Below are positions 9,822-21,407 of a DNA stretch of 64,000 nucleotides, one piece after another (the first letter of the stretch is position 1; each line of letters begins with the position of its first letter). The translations under genes were made by a program, and so were the position numbers. The notes beneath the pieces were generated by a model. That model was not told the DNA's origin. It worked only from the letters and a program-made list of their open reading frames with translations, and searched no databases. Origin of the DNA: Deferribacterales bacterium (lineage in GTDB: Bacteria > Chrysiogenota > Deferribacteres > Deferribacterales > Geovibrionaceae); assembly GCA_050253075.1 (NCBI GenBank), contig JBFWJS010000005.1:19137-83136 (forward strand), written 5' to 3'.

Positions 9822-11679
9822 TGCCCACCATAGGTAAAACGATCTTAACCACTGTTCCTTTCCCCTCTTCTGAGTGTATTTCGATGGAGCCTTTATGCTC
9901 CTGTATTATGCTGTATGCGATGGAGAGCCCGAGCCCTGTTCCGCCCTCGCCCTGCCTGGTGGTAAAGAACGGATCGGTAACCCTGTCCAGATTATCTTTC
10001 GGTATCCCCACCCCTTCGTCTATGACATTTATAACACAGGCACCATCCTGACAAAGGACACTCACCTCTACCAGATCGGTATTAGACACTATTGCCTCCA
10101 GAGCATTCATCAGTATGTTTATGAGAACCTGCTCCAGCTTCTGCTTTATAGCGTTAACTTTTATGCCTTCGCAGCAGATATTTACCACAAAGTTTTCGGT
10201 GGATTTGTTTATCTGGTGTTCCAGTATGCGTATGGCGGTGGTTACTGATGCGCAAAGGTCGACAGGCTCGAAAGAGTCCGATGTCTCATGCTTTGCAAAT
10301 CCTTTCAGATCCTGCACTATGTTCTTGATACGTTCGGAGCCGTTGCCGATTCCTTCCATCAGCTTTTCAATATCAGAGCGGAGTTCTTCAAGAGGCATAC
10401 CGTCCACCTCTGTGATGCCTCTGCCCGTGAATTCTTTATATATGCTGTCCCAGAACTCCACCAGAAGAGAGCTGTTGAACATGATGAAGTTGTTTGGATT
10501 GTTTATCTCGTGGGCGACCCCGGAAACAAGAGTGCCGAGGGATGTCATCTTGTTGGCGTGTATCAGCTTCTGCTGCATCTCTTTTTCAGCATTTTCCATA
10601 AGTATCTGCTCTGTAACGTCATATACGTCCAAAAGGTAATATTCCGTACCGTCCAGCATAACTTTCTTCGCTCTGAAATCCGCATGAAACTCTCTGCCCG
10701 AAGGGAGCGTCTGCATGACCCTGTCCATCTTGAAGATGCCGTCCATATCCTGCTTACCTGCGAGTTTAGCGACAACGGAATCACCAAGATATTCTAAAAT
10801 GTGGCTGTCCGTATCCTTGTCTCTGGGCACTTCATATGTGTCCATGAAAGCTTCGTTCATCTCATATATCATCCCTGTCGTACAGTTCACGAGCACAGCG
10901 GGAACCATCTTCTTCCTGAATATCTTGCTGAATCTGCTTTCTGCTTCGCTCAGGGCTGTCTTTATCTTATACATCTCCGACAGGTCGGTCACATTCAGTA
11001 GAAGCCTTTTATTATGCTCCCATATAAGGCTGGTGACAGACAGCAGGAGGTGCTTTACCTCGCCTCTGAAATTAAAGTGTATGATGTCCTGCGCACCGCT
11101 GTCACGCAGTTCGCTTATGGTACGCTTGTCAAAAACCTCAGAACACACAGCCTGCAAACCTTCGAAATCTCCATCCTCGACGTCAAATATCTTATAGATA
11201 TAGCTGTTTGCTCTCTCCAGCTCGATATCGTCCGTGATAACTGCTACGGCGTTGCTTATGCTGTCAATCAACGTTGACAGCATCTGTTTATTCTGGTCAG
11301 ACTCCTGCTCCAGAGCGACACGCTTAAACGCTGTCTGCACCGTAGAGGCTAGGACGCCGATGGTATAAGGTTTAACAATATAGCCGTAAGGCTCTGTCTT
11401 CACAGCTCTTTCGATAGTCGCCAGATCAGAGTAGCTCGTCAGGAATATTACGGGTATCTTGCCGTATTCCTGTATATCTTTCGCCAGCTCGATACCGTCT
11501 ATGACAGACTTCAGATTTATATCCATAAGGACCATGTCGGGCACCTGCTGCCGTATCTGGACAACAGCATCCTCCGGGCTGCACACGGCGGCAATAACAT
11601 GATAGTTAAGCGATTGAAGCTTTTGCGAGATATCAAGACCGATTATAACTTCGTCTTCGACGACTAATATTTTCTTCAT
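9811..11679 (-). CDS. Hybrid REC-PAS-histidine kinase
   Basis: N-terminal receiver (VEDE, MDINL, KP); H-box GVAHEINNP; DEGVG; FFTT; GTGLGL. Overlaps the start of the downstream activator gene. Confidence 0.92.
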   Translation of the reverse strand: MKKILVVEDEVIIGLDISQKLQSLNYHVIAAVCSPEDAVVQIRQQVPDMVLMDINLKSVIDGIELAKDIQEYGKIPVIFLTSYSDLATIERAVKTEPYGYIVKPYTIGVLASTVQTAFKRVALEQESDQNKQMLSTLIDSISNAVAVITDDIELERANSYIYKIFDVEDGDFEGLQAVCSEVFDKRTISELRDSGAQDIIHFNFRGEVKHLLLSVTSLIWEHNKRLLLNVTDLSEMYKIKTALSEAESRFSKIFRKKMVPAVLVNCTTGMIYEMNEAFMDTYEVPRDKDTDSHILEYLGDSVVAKLAGKQDMDGIFKMDRVMQTLPSGREFHADFRAKKVMLDGTEYYLLDVYDVTEQILMENAEKEMQQKLIHANKMTSLGTLVSGVAHEINNPNNFIMFNSSLLVEFWDSIYKEFTGRGITEVDGMPLEELRSDIEKLMEGIGNGSERIKNIVQDLKGFAKHETSDSFEPVDLCASVTTAIRILEHQINKSTENFVVNICCEGIKVNAIKQKLEQVLINILMNALEAIVSNTDLVEVSVLCQDGACVINVIDEGVGIPKDNLDRVTDPFFTTRQGEGGTGLGLSIAYSIIQEHKGSIEIHSEEGKGTVVKIVLPMVGNEQ

Positions 11680-11735
11680 TTATACCCATCCGGCAAATAT
11701 ACCTAGTAACTTAATACTACCCTGCGCATAAAACA

Positions 11736-11826
11736 TGTCAACTTTAATTTACAAATAACAATTTATATAAAATATCAGCAGTTTATAAGTTCACAATATG
11801 CATTATGTCAATAAATATTGACATAA
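11736..11826. promoter_or_regulatory. Two palindromic putative enhancer (UAS) sites, TGTCAA-N6-TT(G/T)ACA
   Basis: Perfect 11-bp arms TTATGTCAATA-aa-TATTGACATAA (11803-11826) and TGTCAA-ctttaa-TTTACA (11736-11753), upstream of a sigma54 promoter. Confidence 0.65.
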
Positions 11827-11874
11827 CACTTGCAACCTAAAACCTAAACTACTTACAAAAAAGAGGAATATTTT

Positions 11875-11890
11875 TGGCACACCCTTTGCA
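11875..11890 (+). promoter_or_regulatory. Sigma54 (-24/-12) promoter of the chemosensory operon
   Basis: TGGCAC-accct-TTGCA matches the consensus with exact spacing. A sigma54 activator is encoded divergently. Confidence 0.85.
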
Positions 11891-11901
11891 TTATATACGG
11901 C

Positions 11902-12306
11902 ATGAAAGGCAAAAAAATACTCTTAATAGACGATGAAGACAATCTGAGAACAGGCGTAAAGATAGCCTTAAAGAAACAGGGCTGTAATGTCGTTGACGTT
12001 GCAGACGGCTTTGAGGGTATGCGGCACGTGATAAGGGTCACTTCGGGGCTTGATACATTTAACCTTATCCTTCTGGACATCATGATGCCTAAGGTATCCG
12101 GCATAGATATCCTGGAGTACATGGTTCACAAAAGAATGAACACCCCCGTACTGGTCATCACAGGATACATGAACTACGACATAAAATGCTTCTGCTCCAG
12201 ACTGGAGAGTGTACAGATACTTCAGAAGCCTTTTTCCCATGATGAGCTCATGGAAAAGATACACGGAATCCTAGACCCTATAGAAAAGACAGAGGAAACA
12301 GCATGA
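11902..12306 (+). CDS. Single-domain response regulator
   Basis: IDDE, LDIMMP, TG and KPF motifs. Confidence 0.9.
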   Translation: MKGKKILLIDDEDNLRTGVKIALKKQGCNVVDVADGFEGMRHVIRVTSGLDTFNLILLDIMMPKVSGIDILEYMVHKRMNTPVLVITGYMNYDIKCFCSRLESVQILQKPFSHDELMEKIHGILDPIEKTEETA

Positions 12307-13499
12307 TAAAAAAACTAGCACCGCTCTACATCATACTTACGGCACTCATTATACTTCAGGCAGTATCTGTCTTTGCAGCGGGCATGCTCGTCAGAGTATC
12401 CGTATATGCCGTATCTACTGCAGCAGTCATAGTCGTTATGCTCTACATCATCAAAAGAGCATGCGCACAGAAATCGATAGAGTTCGGCAGACACGAGGCA
12501 GAATGCGCAAAGGAATCTAAAAAATCCATGGCACCTGTAGCAGGGATACTTAACGAAAGAGCAGAGCTGCTCAGCATCCTCGAAGGTCAGCTTCTCAAAG
12601 CAAACGTAGACAGCGAAGAAGCACACAATGTCATCTCCGAGAAGTTTAACTTTGTGATATCCATGGCCGAAGATCAGGCATCAAACGCATCTCAGGCTGT
12701 AAAAGCATTCACAGGCTCAGACAGATCAGGCGACAGCTTCGTGGATAAGACAAAGGCCGTCTTCTCAAACGTACTGACAGAGATGAACAGCATCTACAGG
12801 CTGATAGAGGACACAAACGAAAAGCTCTCATCGGCCATCCAGGATATAAACACCATTAAGGAAACTGTTGTAAATGTTGAATACATCGCAGACCAGACAA
12901 ACCTTCTCGCACTCAACGCAGCCATAGAGGCAGCCAGAGCAGGAGACGCAGGCAGAGGCTTCGCCGTGGTCGCAGACGAAGTGAGAAAGCTGGCTGAGAA
13001 ATCCAACGAATTCTCTGCCGAGATACGAAGCATAGTCGACAGCGTCGCAAACAGCATCTCCGGCATACACACAAAGGCCGTCAGCGACGTTAAAAACATA
13101 AAAGAGATACAGGAAACATCCGAAAAGGAGATCGCTCAGGCTCTCGAATACCTGAACGACTCACTCACAAGCTCTAACGACATAGTTATGGCTCTGCAGC
13201 AGTCGGCAAACGGGCTGGCAGACGAGATAAGCAGCATGGTCGTATCCATGCAGTATCAGGACATAAACCGCCAGCGTATCGAGCATGTGATCGAGCCTAT
13301 GCAGATATTTAAAAAAGACATGGACGACATGGCGGCCGCATTCGCCTCATACGACGGCTATGCACTGAAACTGAACGTGAAAGAGATATCAAGCCATCTG
13401 AAGAACATATACACAATGGAATCAGAGCGGGAGATATTCGACGGAAAAGGTTCCCACAGCAAGCAGAATAACGACGACGATAACGTAGAACTCTTTTAG
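12303..13499 (+). CDS. Methyl-accepting chemotaxis protein with an N-terminal TM hairpin and C-terminal NVELF pentapeptide
   Basis: [20 protein letters not shown] signalling tip; QYQD...QRIEHV; ends DNVELF. Confidence 0.92.
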   Translation: MIKKLAPLYIILTALIILQAVSVFAAGMLVRVSVYAVSTAAVIVVMLYIIKRACAQKSIEFGRHEAECAKESKKSMAPVAGILNERAELLSILEGQLLKANVDSEEAHNVISEKFNFVISMAEDQASNASQAVKAFTGSDRSGDSFVDKTKAVFSNVLTEMNSIYRLIEDTNEKLSSAIQDINTIKETVVNVEYIADQTNLLALNAAIEAARAGDAGRGFAVVADEVRKLAEKSNEFSAEIRSIVDSVANSISGIHTKAVSDVKNIKEIQETSEKEIAQALEYLNDSLTSSNDIVMALQQSANGLADEISSMVVSMQYQDINRQRIEHVIEPMQIFKKDMDDMAAAFASYDGYALKLNVKEISSHLKNIYTMESEREIFDGKGSHSKQNNDDDNVELF

Positions 13500-13508
13500 G
13501 AGATTAAC

Positions 13509-13853
13509 ATGATAAAGATGACTCTCAGCCAAAAAAATGACGAAAGTTCTGTTCTCAGCATCGAAGGTGCTCTGACTGTAGCGAATATCAATTCCCTGCA
13601 TAAGAAGATAGTCGAGTTGCTGAGCCAGACAAGCTCACTCGAGCTCAACATCAAAGAAGCCGAAGCTATAGACCTCACATTCATCCAGCTCATATGCAGC
13701 TCCCACAGAGCTTTCGGCACAAAGGGCAAGCTGTTCACCATCAGCGGCGACAAAGCATCGTTTTACGGCAGAACAGACTGCATAGGATTCACCAGACACA
13801 AGGGGTGTCATTTTGAGAAAGACAGCTCCTGCGTATTAGTAAAGGAGGCTTAA
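13509..13853 (+). CDS. STAS-domain protein of the chemosensory operon
   Basis: LSIEGALTV...IDLTFIQLI STAS pattern, located directly before cheY. Confidence 0.8.
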   Translation: MIKMTLSQKNDESSVLSIEGALTVANINSLHKKIVELLSQTSSLELNIKEAEAIDLTFIQLICSSHRAFGTKGKLFTISGDKASFYGRTDCIGFTRHKGCHFEKDSSCVLVKEA

Positions 13854-13854
13854 T

Positions 13855-14220
13855 ATGTCTAAAACAATACTCACGGTAGACGACTCGGCAAGCATCAGAC
13901 AAATGGTCAAATTCACCCTTACCAAAGAGGGTTACAACGTTATCGAAGCATCCGACGGCAAAGACGCTTTGAGCAAAGCAGGCTCCAACACTGTCGACAT
14001 GGTCGTAACCGACCTTAACATGCCCAACATGGACGGCATCACGCTGATAAAAGAACTGCGCGCACAGGCAAAGTTTAAGTTCATACCTATCATAATGCTG
14101 ACCACAGAGTCTCAGGACAGCAAAAAAGCAGAGGGTAAATCCGCCGGAGCCACAGGATGGATAGTAAAACCATTCAAACCTGAACAGCTCCTTACAGTGA
14201 CCAAAAAAGTATTGAGGTAA
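13855..14220 (+). CDS. cheY: Chemotaxis response regulator CheY
   Basis: VDDS, TDLNMP, LTTES and WIVKPF motifs; precedes cheA. Confidence 0.93.
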   Translation: MSKTILTVDDSASIRQMVKFTLTKEGYNVIEASDGKDALSKAGSNTVDMVVTDLNMPNMDGITLIKELRAQAKFKFIPIIMLTTESQDSKKAEGKSAGATGWIVKPFKPEQLLTVTKKVLR

Positions 14221-14225
14221 TAATC

Positions 14226-16298
14226 ATGGCCGTAGATGTGCATCAGGAAGTATTCATCCAGGAAGCGCAGGAACTGCTTCAGGAGCTGGAAGAATCACTT
14301 CTGGAACTCGAAAACAACACTGAAGACATGGATGTCGTAGCGAGGATATTCCGTGCTATGCACACTATCAAAGGTTCCGGAGCGATGTTTGGTTTTGAAA
14401 ACCTGGCGCATCTGGTGCACGACGTGGAAACGGCATACGATATGGTCAGAAACGGCGAGCTGAAAGTTACAAAAGACATGCTCGACTATTCTCTGAAGAC
14501 ATGCGACGTCATCAAAGAACTGCTCGAAGACTCTTTGAAAAAAGCGGACTCGCCCCTTGCGATGGAGATACTCGGCTTTTTCCGCAGGTGTCAGGGAGCC
14601 CCCGCACCGAAAGAGAAAAAAGAGCACCACAAAAGCAGCTCTGATGCTAAAGAGAGCAAAGAAGAAACAACATACAGAATCAGATTCAAACCTAATGAGA
14701 ATATACTCATGCAGGGGACAGACCCTGAGCTCCTCATACTGGAACTGGAGGAAATGGGAGAATCGAAAGTGGTCGCCCACACTACGGCAACCCCGCCACT
14801 CGAAGATATGAATCCCGAAAAATGCTATGCATTCTGGGACATAATCCTCACCACTACAAAGACAAAGAATGAGATCATGGACGTATTCATCTTTGTTGAA
14901 GACGACAGCGAAATAATAATAAGCGTCATCGACAATGACTACATAGAGAAGGATCACTACAAGAAACTGGGTGAGATCCTTCTCGAAAAGGGCGACATCA
15001 CAAAAGAAGCTCTGGACAAACTGATATCCAAAAAGAAAATGCTCGGCGAAATGATGGTCGAAGAGGGGCTGGTAGCACCCGAGGCTGTCAAATCCGCCCT
15101 CGACGAACAGGAACATATCAAAAACATCAGAGCCAAAAAGCAGGCTGCGGAAAGTGCCGCATCTGTTCGTGTCCCTTCTGAAAAACTCGACTCGCTCGTA
15201 GACCTAGTGGGTGAGCTGGTCACCGTACAGGCAAGGCTGAACCAGACAGCCGCCGCAGGGAACAACGCAGAACTGCACAAGATAGCCGAAGAGGTGGAAA
15301 GGCTCGTCTGGGAACTCAGAGACAACACTATGAGCATCCGCATGCTCACCATCGGCACAACATTCAGTAAATATAAAAGACTGGTCAGAGACCTGGCCAA
15401 AGAACTGGGCAAAGACATAGACCTGATAACCAAAGGCGAAGATACCGAGCTGGACAAAACTGTCATAGAAAAGCTCGGCGACCCGCTGGTGCATCTGGTC
15501 AGAAACTCGGTAGACCACGGTATAGAATCCCCCGAAGACAGACTGAAAGCAGGCAAGCCCGCAAAAGGCACTGTCACACTCTCTGCCGAACACTCGGGAG
15601 ACTCTGTACTGATACAGATAAAAGACGACGGTAAAGGACTGGACAGAAATGTCCTAATCAAAAAAGCTCTGGAAAAAGGGCTGATACAGGAAAACGTAGA
15701 ACTGACAGACAGAGAGGCTTTCGAGCTGATCTTTGCAGCGGGCTTCTCCACTGCGGCTGTCGTGTCGAATGTCTCCGGCAGAGGCGTCGGCATGGACGTG
15801 GTAAGGAGAAACATCGAAGCGCTAAGAGGAACCATAGAGATAGACAGCGTAAAAGGTAAAGGAACCACCATCACGCTGAAACTGCCGCTCACCCTCGCCA
15901 TCATCGACGGACTGCTCGTGCAGATAGGAACACAGTTTTTCATCATACCTCTATCCATCGTGAACGAATGCATCGAATTCAAAGAAAAACTGCACAGAAC
16001 AGAATCAGGCAGAAGGATACTCAAAGTCCGTGACGACCTCGTGCCGTATGTGAAAATGCGCGACATCTTCGGCATCACAGACGAACTGCCCGAGATACAA
16101 CAGATAGTAATAATCGAGCTGGAAGGCCGCAGGATAGGCTTTGTGGTAGACAGCGTGATTGGCGACCATCAGACGGTCATCAAATCTCTGGGTAAATCAT
16201 TTAAAGACGTGGAATGTATTTCAGGCGCTTCCGTTCTCGGCGACGGCTCCGTCGCGCTGATAATAGATGTAATGAAGATATATACAAGTATTCAATAG
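14226..16298 (+). CDS. cheA: Chemotaxis histidine kinase CheA with an internal MshEN-like tandem motif
   Basis: Hpt [10 protein letters not shown]2-like region, [25 protein letters not shown], and C-terminal CheW domain. Confidence 0.96.
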   Translation: MAVDVHQEVFIQEAQELLQELEESLLELENNTEDMDVVARIFRAMHTIKGSGAMFGFENLAHLVHDVETAYDMVRNGELKVTKDMLDYSLKTCDVIKELLEDSLKKADSPLAMEILGFFRRCQGAPAPKEKKEHHKSSSDAKESKEETTYRIRFKPNENILMQGTDPELLILELEEMGESKVVAHTTATPPLEDMNPEKCYAFWDIILTTTKTKNEIMDVFIFVEDDSEIIISVIDNDYIEKDHYKKLGEILLEKGDITKEALDKLISKKKMLGEMMVEEGLVAPEAVKSALDEQEHIKNIRAKKQAAESAASVRVPSEKLDSLVDLVGELVTVQARLNQTAAAGNNAELHKIAEEVERLVWELRDNTMSIRMLTIGTTFSKYKRLVRDLAKELGKDIDLITKGEDTELDKTVIEKLGDPLVHLVRNSVDHGIESPEDRLKAGKPAKGTVTLSAEHSGDSVLIQIKDDGKGLDRNVLIKKALEKGLIQENVELTDREAFELIFAAGFSTAAVVSNVSGRGVGMDVVRRNIEALRGTIEIDSVKGKGTTITLKLPLTLAIIDGLLVQIGTQFFIIPLSIVNECIEFKEKLHRTESGRRILKVRDDLVPYVKMRDIFGITDELPEIQQIVIIELEGRRIGFVVDSVIGDHQTVIKSLGKSFKDVECISGASVLGDGSVALIIDVMKIYTSIQ

Positions 16299-16317
16299 CT
16301 ATTTTGGAGGAAAGAAA

Positions 16318-18366
16318 ATGTTTAAGAACATGAAAGTAGGAACACAGATAGCTGCAGGTTTTATTGTAGTTCTCTTAATCCTGGTAATCGTAGCGACTTC
16401 TTCATTTGTCGGTATTGACAAAGCTTCCGAAGGTTTTTCAGAGTACAGGAGAAAAGCCAAGAACACCAACATGCTTGGACGTATTCAAGCAAACATGCTG
16501 ATGACAAGGATGAAGGTAAAGGACTTCCTTATCACAAACTCTGACGCCGACCATCAGGCGACACTCGATTTTTTTGCCAAAACTGATGAATTCATGAAAG
16601 AAGCAAAAGATATGATAAAAGACCCTGCGAGACTTAAGACTCTCGGCGAAGTTGACGGCATGCTGGACAAATATGTCGCAACATTCGACAAGGTAGACAA
16701 AGCGATAAACAACAGAAACGCAGAGATCAAAAAACTCGGCGTTATCGGTCTCGAAATGCGCAAGCACATGACAGACATCATGCACATAGCATTTAAAGAG
16801 GGCAACTCAGACGCAGCCTATTATGCAGGCAGACTGCAGGAACACCTGATGCTCGCCAGATACTATGCTCTCGGCTTTTCAAAAGCAGGCGATAAAGAGT
16901 CTGAGGTGCGTGTACGTGAAGAGACAGGCAAAGAGTTCGATACTGTCGCAGCGCCTCTGGGGAAACTGCTGAGAAACAAAACAGAAAAAGACCTCTTTGC
17001 ATCTACAATGAGCCTGAGAGACGAATACGTTAAATCATTCGACGTAATGACAGAAAATATATACAGCAGAATGGATCTCGTAAGCAACACTCTCGATGTC
17101 CTCGGGCCGAAAATAGCCGAATACACAGAAAACCTTAAGCTCTCCATTATGGAAAGCCAGGATCTCCTCGGACCACAGGTCGAGGCGAGCAACCAGTTCA
17201 CCATCAGAATGGTGCTCACAATATCAGGAGCAGGTCTGCTCATAGGTATCTTCTTCGCATGGCTTATCACTAAGTTTGTGAAAGCTCCTCTGGGCGGAGA
17301 GCCAAGAGAGATGGCAGAGATAGCTAAACGCATCGCAGACGGCGACCTCGACGTTCAGTTCAACAGCGTAAAAGGCAGACAGCCCACAGGTCTCTACGGC
17401 GACCTCAAGGCAATGGTCGACCAGCTCCGCTCTATCGTCGCAGATGTTAAAAACTCTGCAGACAACGTAGCATCAGGAAGCACAGAGCTCAGTTCCGCAG
17501 CACAGGACATGTCTCAGGGCGCAACAGAGCAGGCAGCCAGCGCAGAGGAAGCATCATCATCTATGGAAGAGATGGCGTCCAACATCAACCAGAACGCAGA
17601 CAACGCTCTCCAGACAGAGAAGATAGCTCTGAAAGCTGCATCCGATGCCAAAGACGGCGGTGAAGCAGTGGAAGCCACAGTAAAAGCAATGAAGGACATC
17701 GCTGATAAGATATCCATCATCGAAGAGATAGCCAGACAGACAAACCTGCTCGCACTCAACGCAGCCATAGAGGCAGCCAGAGCAGGCGAACACGGCAAAG
17801 GCTTCGCAGTGGTGGCATCCGAAGTGCGCAAGCTCGCCGAACGCAGTCAGGAAGCAGCAGGAGAGATCAGCGAACTGTCATCCAGCAGTGTAGATATCGC
17901 CGAGAAAGCAGGCGCACTGCTCGGTCAGATACTCCCTGACATACAGAAAACAGCAGAACTAGTTCAGGAGATCACAGCGGCAAGCAGTGAGATGAGAACA
18001 GGTTCAGAGCAGATCAACACTGCCATCCAGCAGCTCGATCAGGTAATACAGAGAAACGCAGGCGTATCCGAAGAGATGGCCGCCACATCCGAGGAACTCT
18101 CCGGTCAGGCGAGCGCTCTTCAGCAGGCTGTGGCATTCTTCAAAATGTCCGACAGCGGCTCAACATACAGGAAGCCAGTAGTGCAGAAACACCATACACC
18201 TGCGGCACATATAAAAACTAAGTCTCTCAGCAGCGACACAAAGCAAAAGGCAAAATCTGCCAACGGCAACGGCAAGTCAAACGGAAACGGTGACGGCATA
18301 ATGCTCGACATGTCCGAAGACACATCCAAAAAGGACAGGCTGGACGCCGACTTTGAAAGCTTCTAA
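16318..18366 (+). CDS. Transmembrane methyl-accepting chemotaxis protein with a large periplasmic domain and C-terminal DFESF pentapeptide
   Basis: Two TM helices, HAMP domain, [26 protein letters not shown]; ends DADFESF. Confidence 0.95.
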   Translation: MFKNMKVGTQIAAGFIVVLLILVIVATSSFVGIDKASEGFSEYRRKAKNTNMLGRIQANMLMTRMKVKDFLITNSDADHQATLDFFAKTDEFMKEAKDMIKDPARLKTLGEVDGMLDKYVATFDKVDKAINNRNAEIKKLGVIGLEMRKHMTDIMHIAFKEGNSDAAYYAGRLQEHLMLARYYALGFSKAGDKESEVRVREETGKEFDTVAAPLGKLLRNKTEKDLFASTMSLRDEYVKSFDVMTENIYSRMDLVSNTLDVLGPKIAEYTENLKLSIMESQDLLGPQVEASNQFTIRMVLTISGAGLLIGIFFAWLITKFVKAPLGGEPREMAEIAKRIADGDLDVQFNSVKGRQPTGLYGDLKAMVDQLRSIVADVKNSADNVASGSTELSSAAQDMSQGATEQAASAEEASSSMEEMASNINQNADNALQTEKIALKAASDAKDGGEAVEATVKAMKDIADKISIIEEIARQTNLLALNAAIEAARAGEHGKGFAVVASEVRKLAERSQEAAGEISELSSSSVDIAEKAGALLGQILPDIQKTAELVQEITAASSEMRTGSEQINTAIQQLDQVIQRNAGVSEEMAATSEELSGQASALQQAVAFFKMSDSGSTYRKPVVQKHHTPAAHIKTKSLSSDTKQKAKSANGNGKSNGNGDGIMLDMSEDTSKKDRLDADFESF

Positions 18367-18376
18367 GGAGAGTGTG

Positions 18377-18904
18377 ATGTCTGATAACAGTAACAGCAAA
18401 AAACACGAAAGCTGTCAGGTGCTCACATTCACTCTGGCAGACGATGTTTACGGCGTGGATATCATGTCTGTGCGCGAGGTGCTGGACTACACCAGCGTTA
18501 CAAAGGTGCCTCAGACACCGGAATATATGATAGGCGTCATAAACCTCAGGGGCAATGTCGTCCCCGTGCTGGACCTCAGATGTAAGTTCGGCATGGGAAA
18601 GACCAAGAAAACCGTCAACACATGCGTGATAATCGTAGAGGTTGAGATAGACGAGGAATCCACTGTACTCGGCGCACTGGCCGACTCTGTTCAGGAGGTC
18701 GTGGACTTCGACGGCGAAAACATCGAAGACGCACCAAAGATGGGCACACAGCTCCGCACAGAGTTCATAAACGGCATGGCAAAGAGGGACGAAGGCTTTG
18801 TGATCATACTGAACATAGACTCCGTCTTCTCCTCTGACGAGATAGTGAGCATAGCATCAAAAGCTGAAACACACAACGGGACAGAAGAACCCGCAGCAGT
18901 ATAA
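18377..18904 (+). CDS. cheW: Chemotaxis adaptor CheW
   Basis: YGVDIMSVREV...GVINLRGNVVPV. Start moved to ATG 18377, which follows an AAGGAG Shine-Dalgarno. Confidence 0.93.
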   Translation: MSDNSNSKKHESCQVLTFTLADDVYGVDIMSVREVLDYTSVTKVPQTPEYMIGVINLRGNVVPVLDLRCKFGMGKTKKTVNTCVIIVEVEIDEESTVLGALADSVQEVVDFDGENIEDAPKMGTQLRTEFINGMAKRDEGFVIILNIDSVFSSDEIVSIASKAETHNGTEEPAAV

Positions 18905-18932
18905 AAGCAAAGTAAGGAACCAATTATTTCAT

Positions 18933-18963
18933 GCACTCCTGTCAAATGCGGCAGGAGTGCTTT
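18933..18963 (+). terminator. Intra-operon stem-loop between cheW and cheR
   Basis: GCACTCCTG...CAGGAGTGC stem followed by TTTAAATTT. Confidence 0.55.
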
Positions 18964-18981
18964 AAATTTATCGGAGGACAG

Positions 18982-19833
18982 ATGACCTCTCAGGAAAGCA
19001 TCTTTTCCCAGCAGTTAAAGCATAAAGATTTCGTTAAGCTGAAAGACTTTATCGAAGACACCTGCGGGATAAAACTAACAGAAAATAAGAAAAACATGGT
19101 GGAAGGCAGACTGAGGAAGCGCATAAAGCACCTCGGATATGCAGGCTATGATGAATACCTGAAATATGTATTCGAAAGCGACGAGAACAACCCCGAAAGG
19201 CTCCACCTTATAGACGTGATAACCACTAACAAGACCGACTTTTTCCGCGAGCCGAACCATTTCAAGCTGATGACGGAGCGCATACTCCCCCATCTGGCGC
19301 AAACTCACGGGCTCGGAACTGAAGAAACTCTGAATGTGTGGAGCTCTGCCAGCTCTACCGGTGAAGAACCGTACACACTGGCGATGGTTCTCTCTGAGTT
19401 TTACGGTATCCGCGGAAATTTCAATATATTCGCCACTGATATAAACACGAATGTTCTTCAGGTGGGGCGCACCGCTGTATATTCCGAAGAAAAGTCAGAA
19501 GACATACCCCGAGACCTCCAGAGGAAATACATGATGCGCTCCATAAACAGAGCCGACAGACTGCTCCGCTTTAAACCGGAACTGAGGAGCAAAGTACGCT
19601 TCGGCAGGAACAATCTGAAAGACGAAAAATACATACTCCCTGTAAAAGTGGACATCGCATTCTGCAGGAATGTCATAATCTACTTCGACCAGCCCACACA
19701 GGAACGCGTGCTGAACACCATCTGCTCATACATAAAGCCCGGCGGATTCCTCTTCATGGGGCACTCAGAGTCTATCCACGGCATGACTCTCCCGCTGAAA
19801 AACTATGCGCCGACAGTATACGTGAGAGTCTGA
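18982..19833 (+). CDS. cheR: Chemotaxis methyltransferase CheR
   Basis: TTNKTDFFRE, SSTGEEPY, CRNVIIYF, GHSES. Start placed at ATG 18982 after GGAGG. Confidence 0.95.
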   Translation: MTSQESIFSQQLKHKDFVKLKDFIEDTCGIKLTENKKNMVEGRLRKRIKHLGYAGYDEYLKYVFESDENNPERLHLIDVITTNKTDFFREPNHFKLMTERILPHLAQTHGLGTEETLNVWSSASSTGEEPYTLAMVLSEFYGIRGNFNIFATDINTNVLQVGRTAVYSEEKSEDIPRDLQRKYMMRSINRADRLLRFKPELRSKVRFGRNNLKDEKYILPVKVDIAFCRNVIIYFDQPTQERVLNTICSYIKPGGFLFMGHSESIHGMTLPLKNYAPTVYVRV

Positions 19834-19834
19834 T

Positions 19835-20320
19835 ATGTTTGACGATGCGAGCTGTACATACCTTTTGCCCGGGGAAATATTCTTTTCCGATGCCCCCTCT
19901 ATGGTGAATACCGTGCTCGGCTCATGCATCTCTGTCACAATGTTTTCCCACGCTCAGAAGATGGGGATGATATGCCACAGCATGCTCCCCGACTCCACAA
20001 CAGTTTATAAAAAAGATCAGAACGAATTCAAGTACGTCGACCACTCCATAGAACACATGCACATGAAATTCGCAGCAATGAATATATGCCAGAAGGAAAT
20101 AGAGGTGAAGCTGTTTGGCGGATCCGATATGTTTGAATACAAGAGCAAGGACGAAACAGTAGGAACAAAGAATATTTATTCTGCCATTAATGTCCTGAAG
20201 AAATTAGGCTATAATATAAAAGCGAAGGACATCGGCGGGCAATTCACGAGAAAGCTGTATTTTTCGACCGAGACAGGCATTGTATACGTCAGAAAGATAT
20301 CCAGGCTGCAGGGTGTATAA
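19835..20320 (+). CDS. cheD: Chemoreceptor glutamine deamidase CheD
   Basis: [23 protein letters not shown]. Confidence 0.92.
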   Translation: MFDDASCTYLLPGEIFFSDAPSMVNTVLGSCISVTMFSHAQKMGMICHSMLPDSTTVYKKDQNEFKYVDHSIEHMHMKFAAMNICQKEIEVKLFGGSDMFEYKSKDETVGTKNIYSAINVLKKLGYNIKAKDIGGQFTRKLYFSTETGIVYVRKISRLQGV

Positions 20321-21399
20321 TGAGTAATAACAAACTGAAAGTAATGGTTGTGGATGATTCGGCTGTTGTGAGGCAAACCTTGCAGGAAATACTGTCTGCC
20401 GACCCCGCAATAGGAGAAGTGGTCTGTTGCGGAGACCCGTTCGCCGCTGCAGAAAGGATGAAGTTCTTCATACCTGACGTTATAACACTGGATGTTGAAA
20501 TGCCTAAGATGGACGGCATCACCTTCCTTAAAAAGATAATGACACAGCACCCTATACCCATCGTGATGTGCTCCAGCCTTACCGAGCATAACTCCGACAC
20601 GGCGATAAAAGCTCTGGAATACGGCGCTGTTGATATAATACAAAAGCCCAGACTGGGCACCAAAGCATTTATAGAAGAATCTAAGATACTGATATGCGAT
20701 GCCGTGAAAGCCGCCGCAAAGGTTGAAGTGCGGAAGATATCGGGTAAAACTTATGAGGTTCAGCCAAAGCTGACCGCAGACGCCGTGCTCACCGCCGCAA
20801 CAAGCCACTCCATGATAAAAACAACCGAAAAGGTCATACTTGTCGGCGCATCAACAGGCGGTACAGAGGCTCTGTCGGTATTCCTGCAGGGGCTCCCTGC
20901 GGACTGCCCCGGGGTCGTGATAGTTCAGCATATGCCTGAGAACTTCACACTTTCATTCGCAAACAGGCTCGACAGCCTGTGCCGAGTATCAGTAAAACAG
21001 GCGGATTTCGGCGATACTGTACTGCCCGGCAGGGTTTTACTTGCCCCCGGGAATAAGCACCTGCTGATAAAGAGGAGCGGAGCCAGATACTACGTTGAGA
21101 CAAAAGAAGGTCCCCTTGTAAGCAGACACAGACCTTCCGTCGATGTGCTCTTCCGCTCGGGAGCCAGATACGTCGGGAAAAATGCCATCGGAGTCATCCT
21201 CACGGGTATGGGCGACGACGGAGCCAGGGGAATGCGTGAGATGAAAGAGGCAGGGGCTTATAACATCGCACAGGATGAAAAGACAAGCATTGTATTCGGT
21301 ATGCCGAAGATGGCTATAGAGCACGGAGGGGTGGACAGCATACTCCCTCTGCAGGATATTTCAGGCGCAGTGCTTTATCACTGCAGAACAAACAGCTAG
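20320..21399 (+). CDS. cheB: Chemotaxis methylesterase CheB
   Basis: REC domain plus GASTGG, QHMP, RPSVD and LTGMGDDG. Confidence 0.96.
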   Translation: MSNNKLKVMVVDDSAVVRQTLQEILSADPAIGEVVCCGDPFAAAERMKFFIPDVITLDVEMPKMDGITFLKKIMTQHPIPIVMCSSLTEHNSDTAIKALEYGAVDIIQKPRLGTKAFIEESKILICDAVKAAAKVEVRKISGKTYEVQPKLTADAVLTAATSHSMIKTTEKVILVGASTGGTEALSVFLQGLPADCPGVVIVQHMPENFTLSFANRLDSLCRVSVKQADFGDTVLPGRVLLAPGNKHLLIKRSGARYYVETKEGPLVSRHRPSVDVLFRSGARYVGKNAIGVILTGMGDDGARGMREMKEAGAYNIAQDEKTSIVFGMPKMAIEHGGVDSILPLQDISGAVLYHCRTNS

Positions 21400-21407
21400 G
21401 GAAAGGG

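Noticed and set aside
14957..16078. 373-aa antisense ORF
   Set aside because: Shadow frame of cheA with no recognisable motifs.
12906..17783. About 38 identical nucleotides shared by the two MCP genes (CTCGCACTCAACGCAGCCATAGAGGCAGCCAGAGCAGG)
   Set aside because: It encodes the invariant [13 protein letters not shown] signalling tip and is explained by protein conservation, codon bias or ordinary gene conversion.
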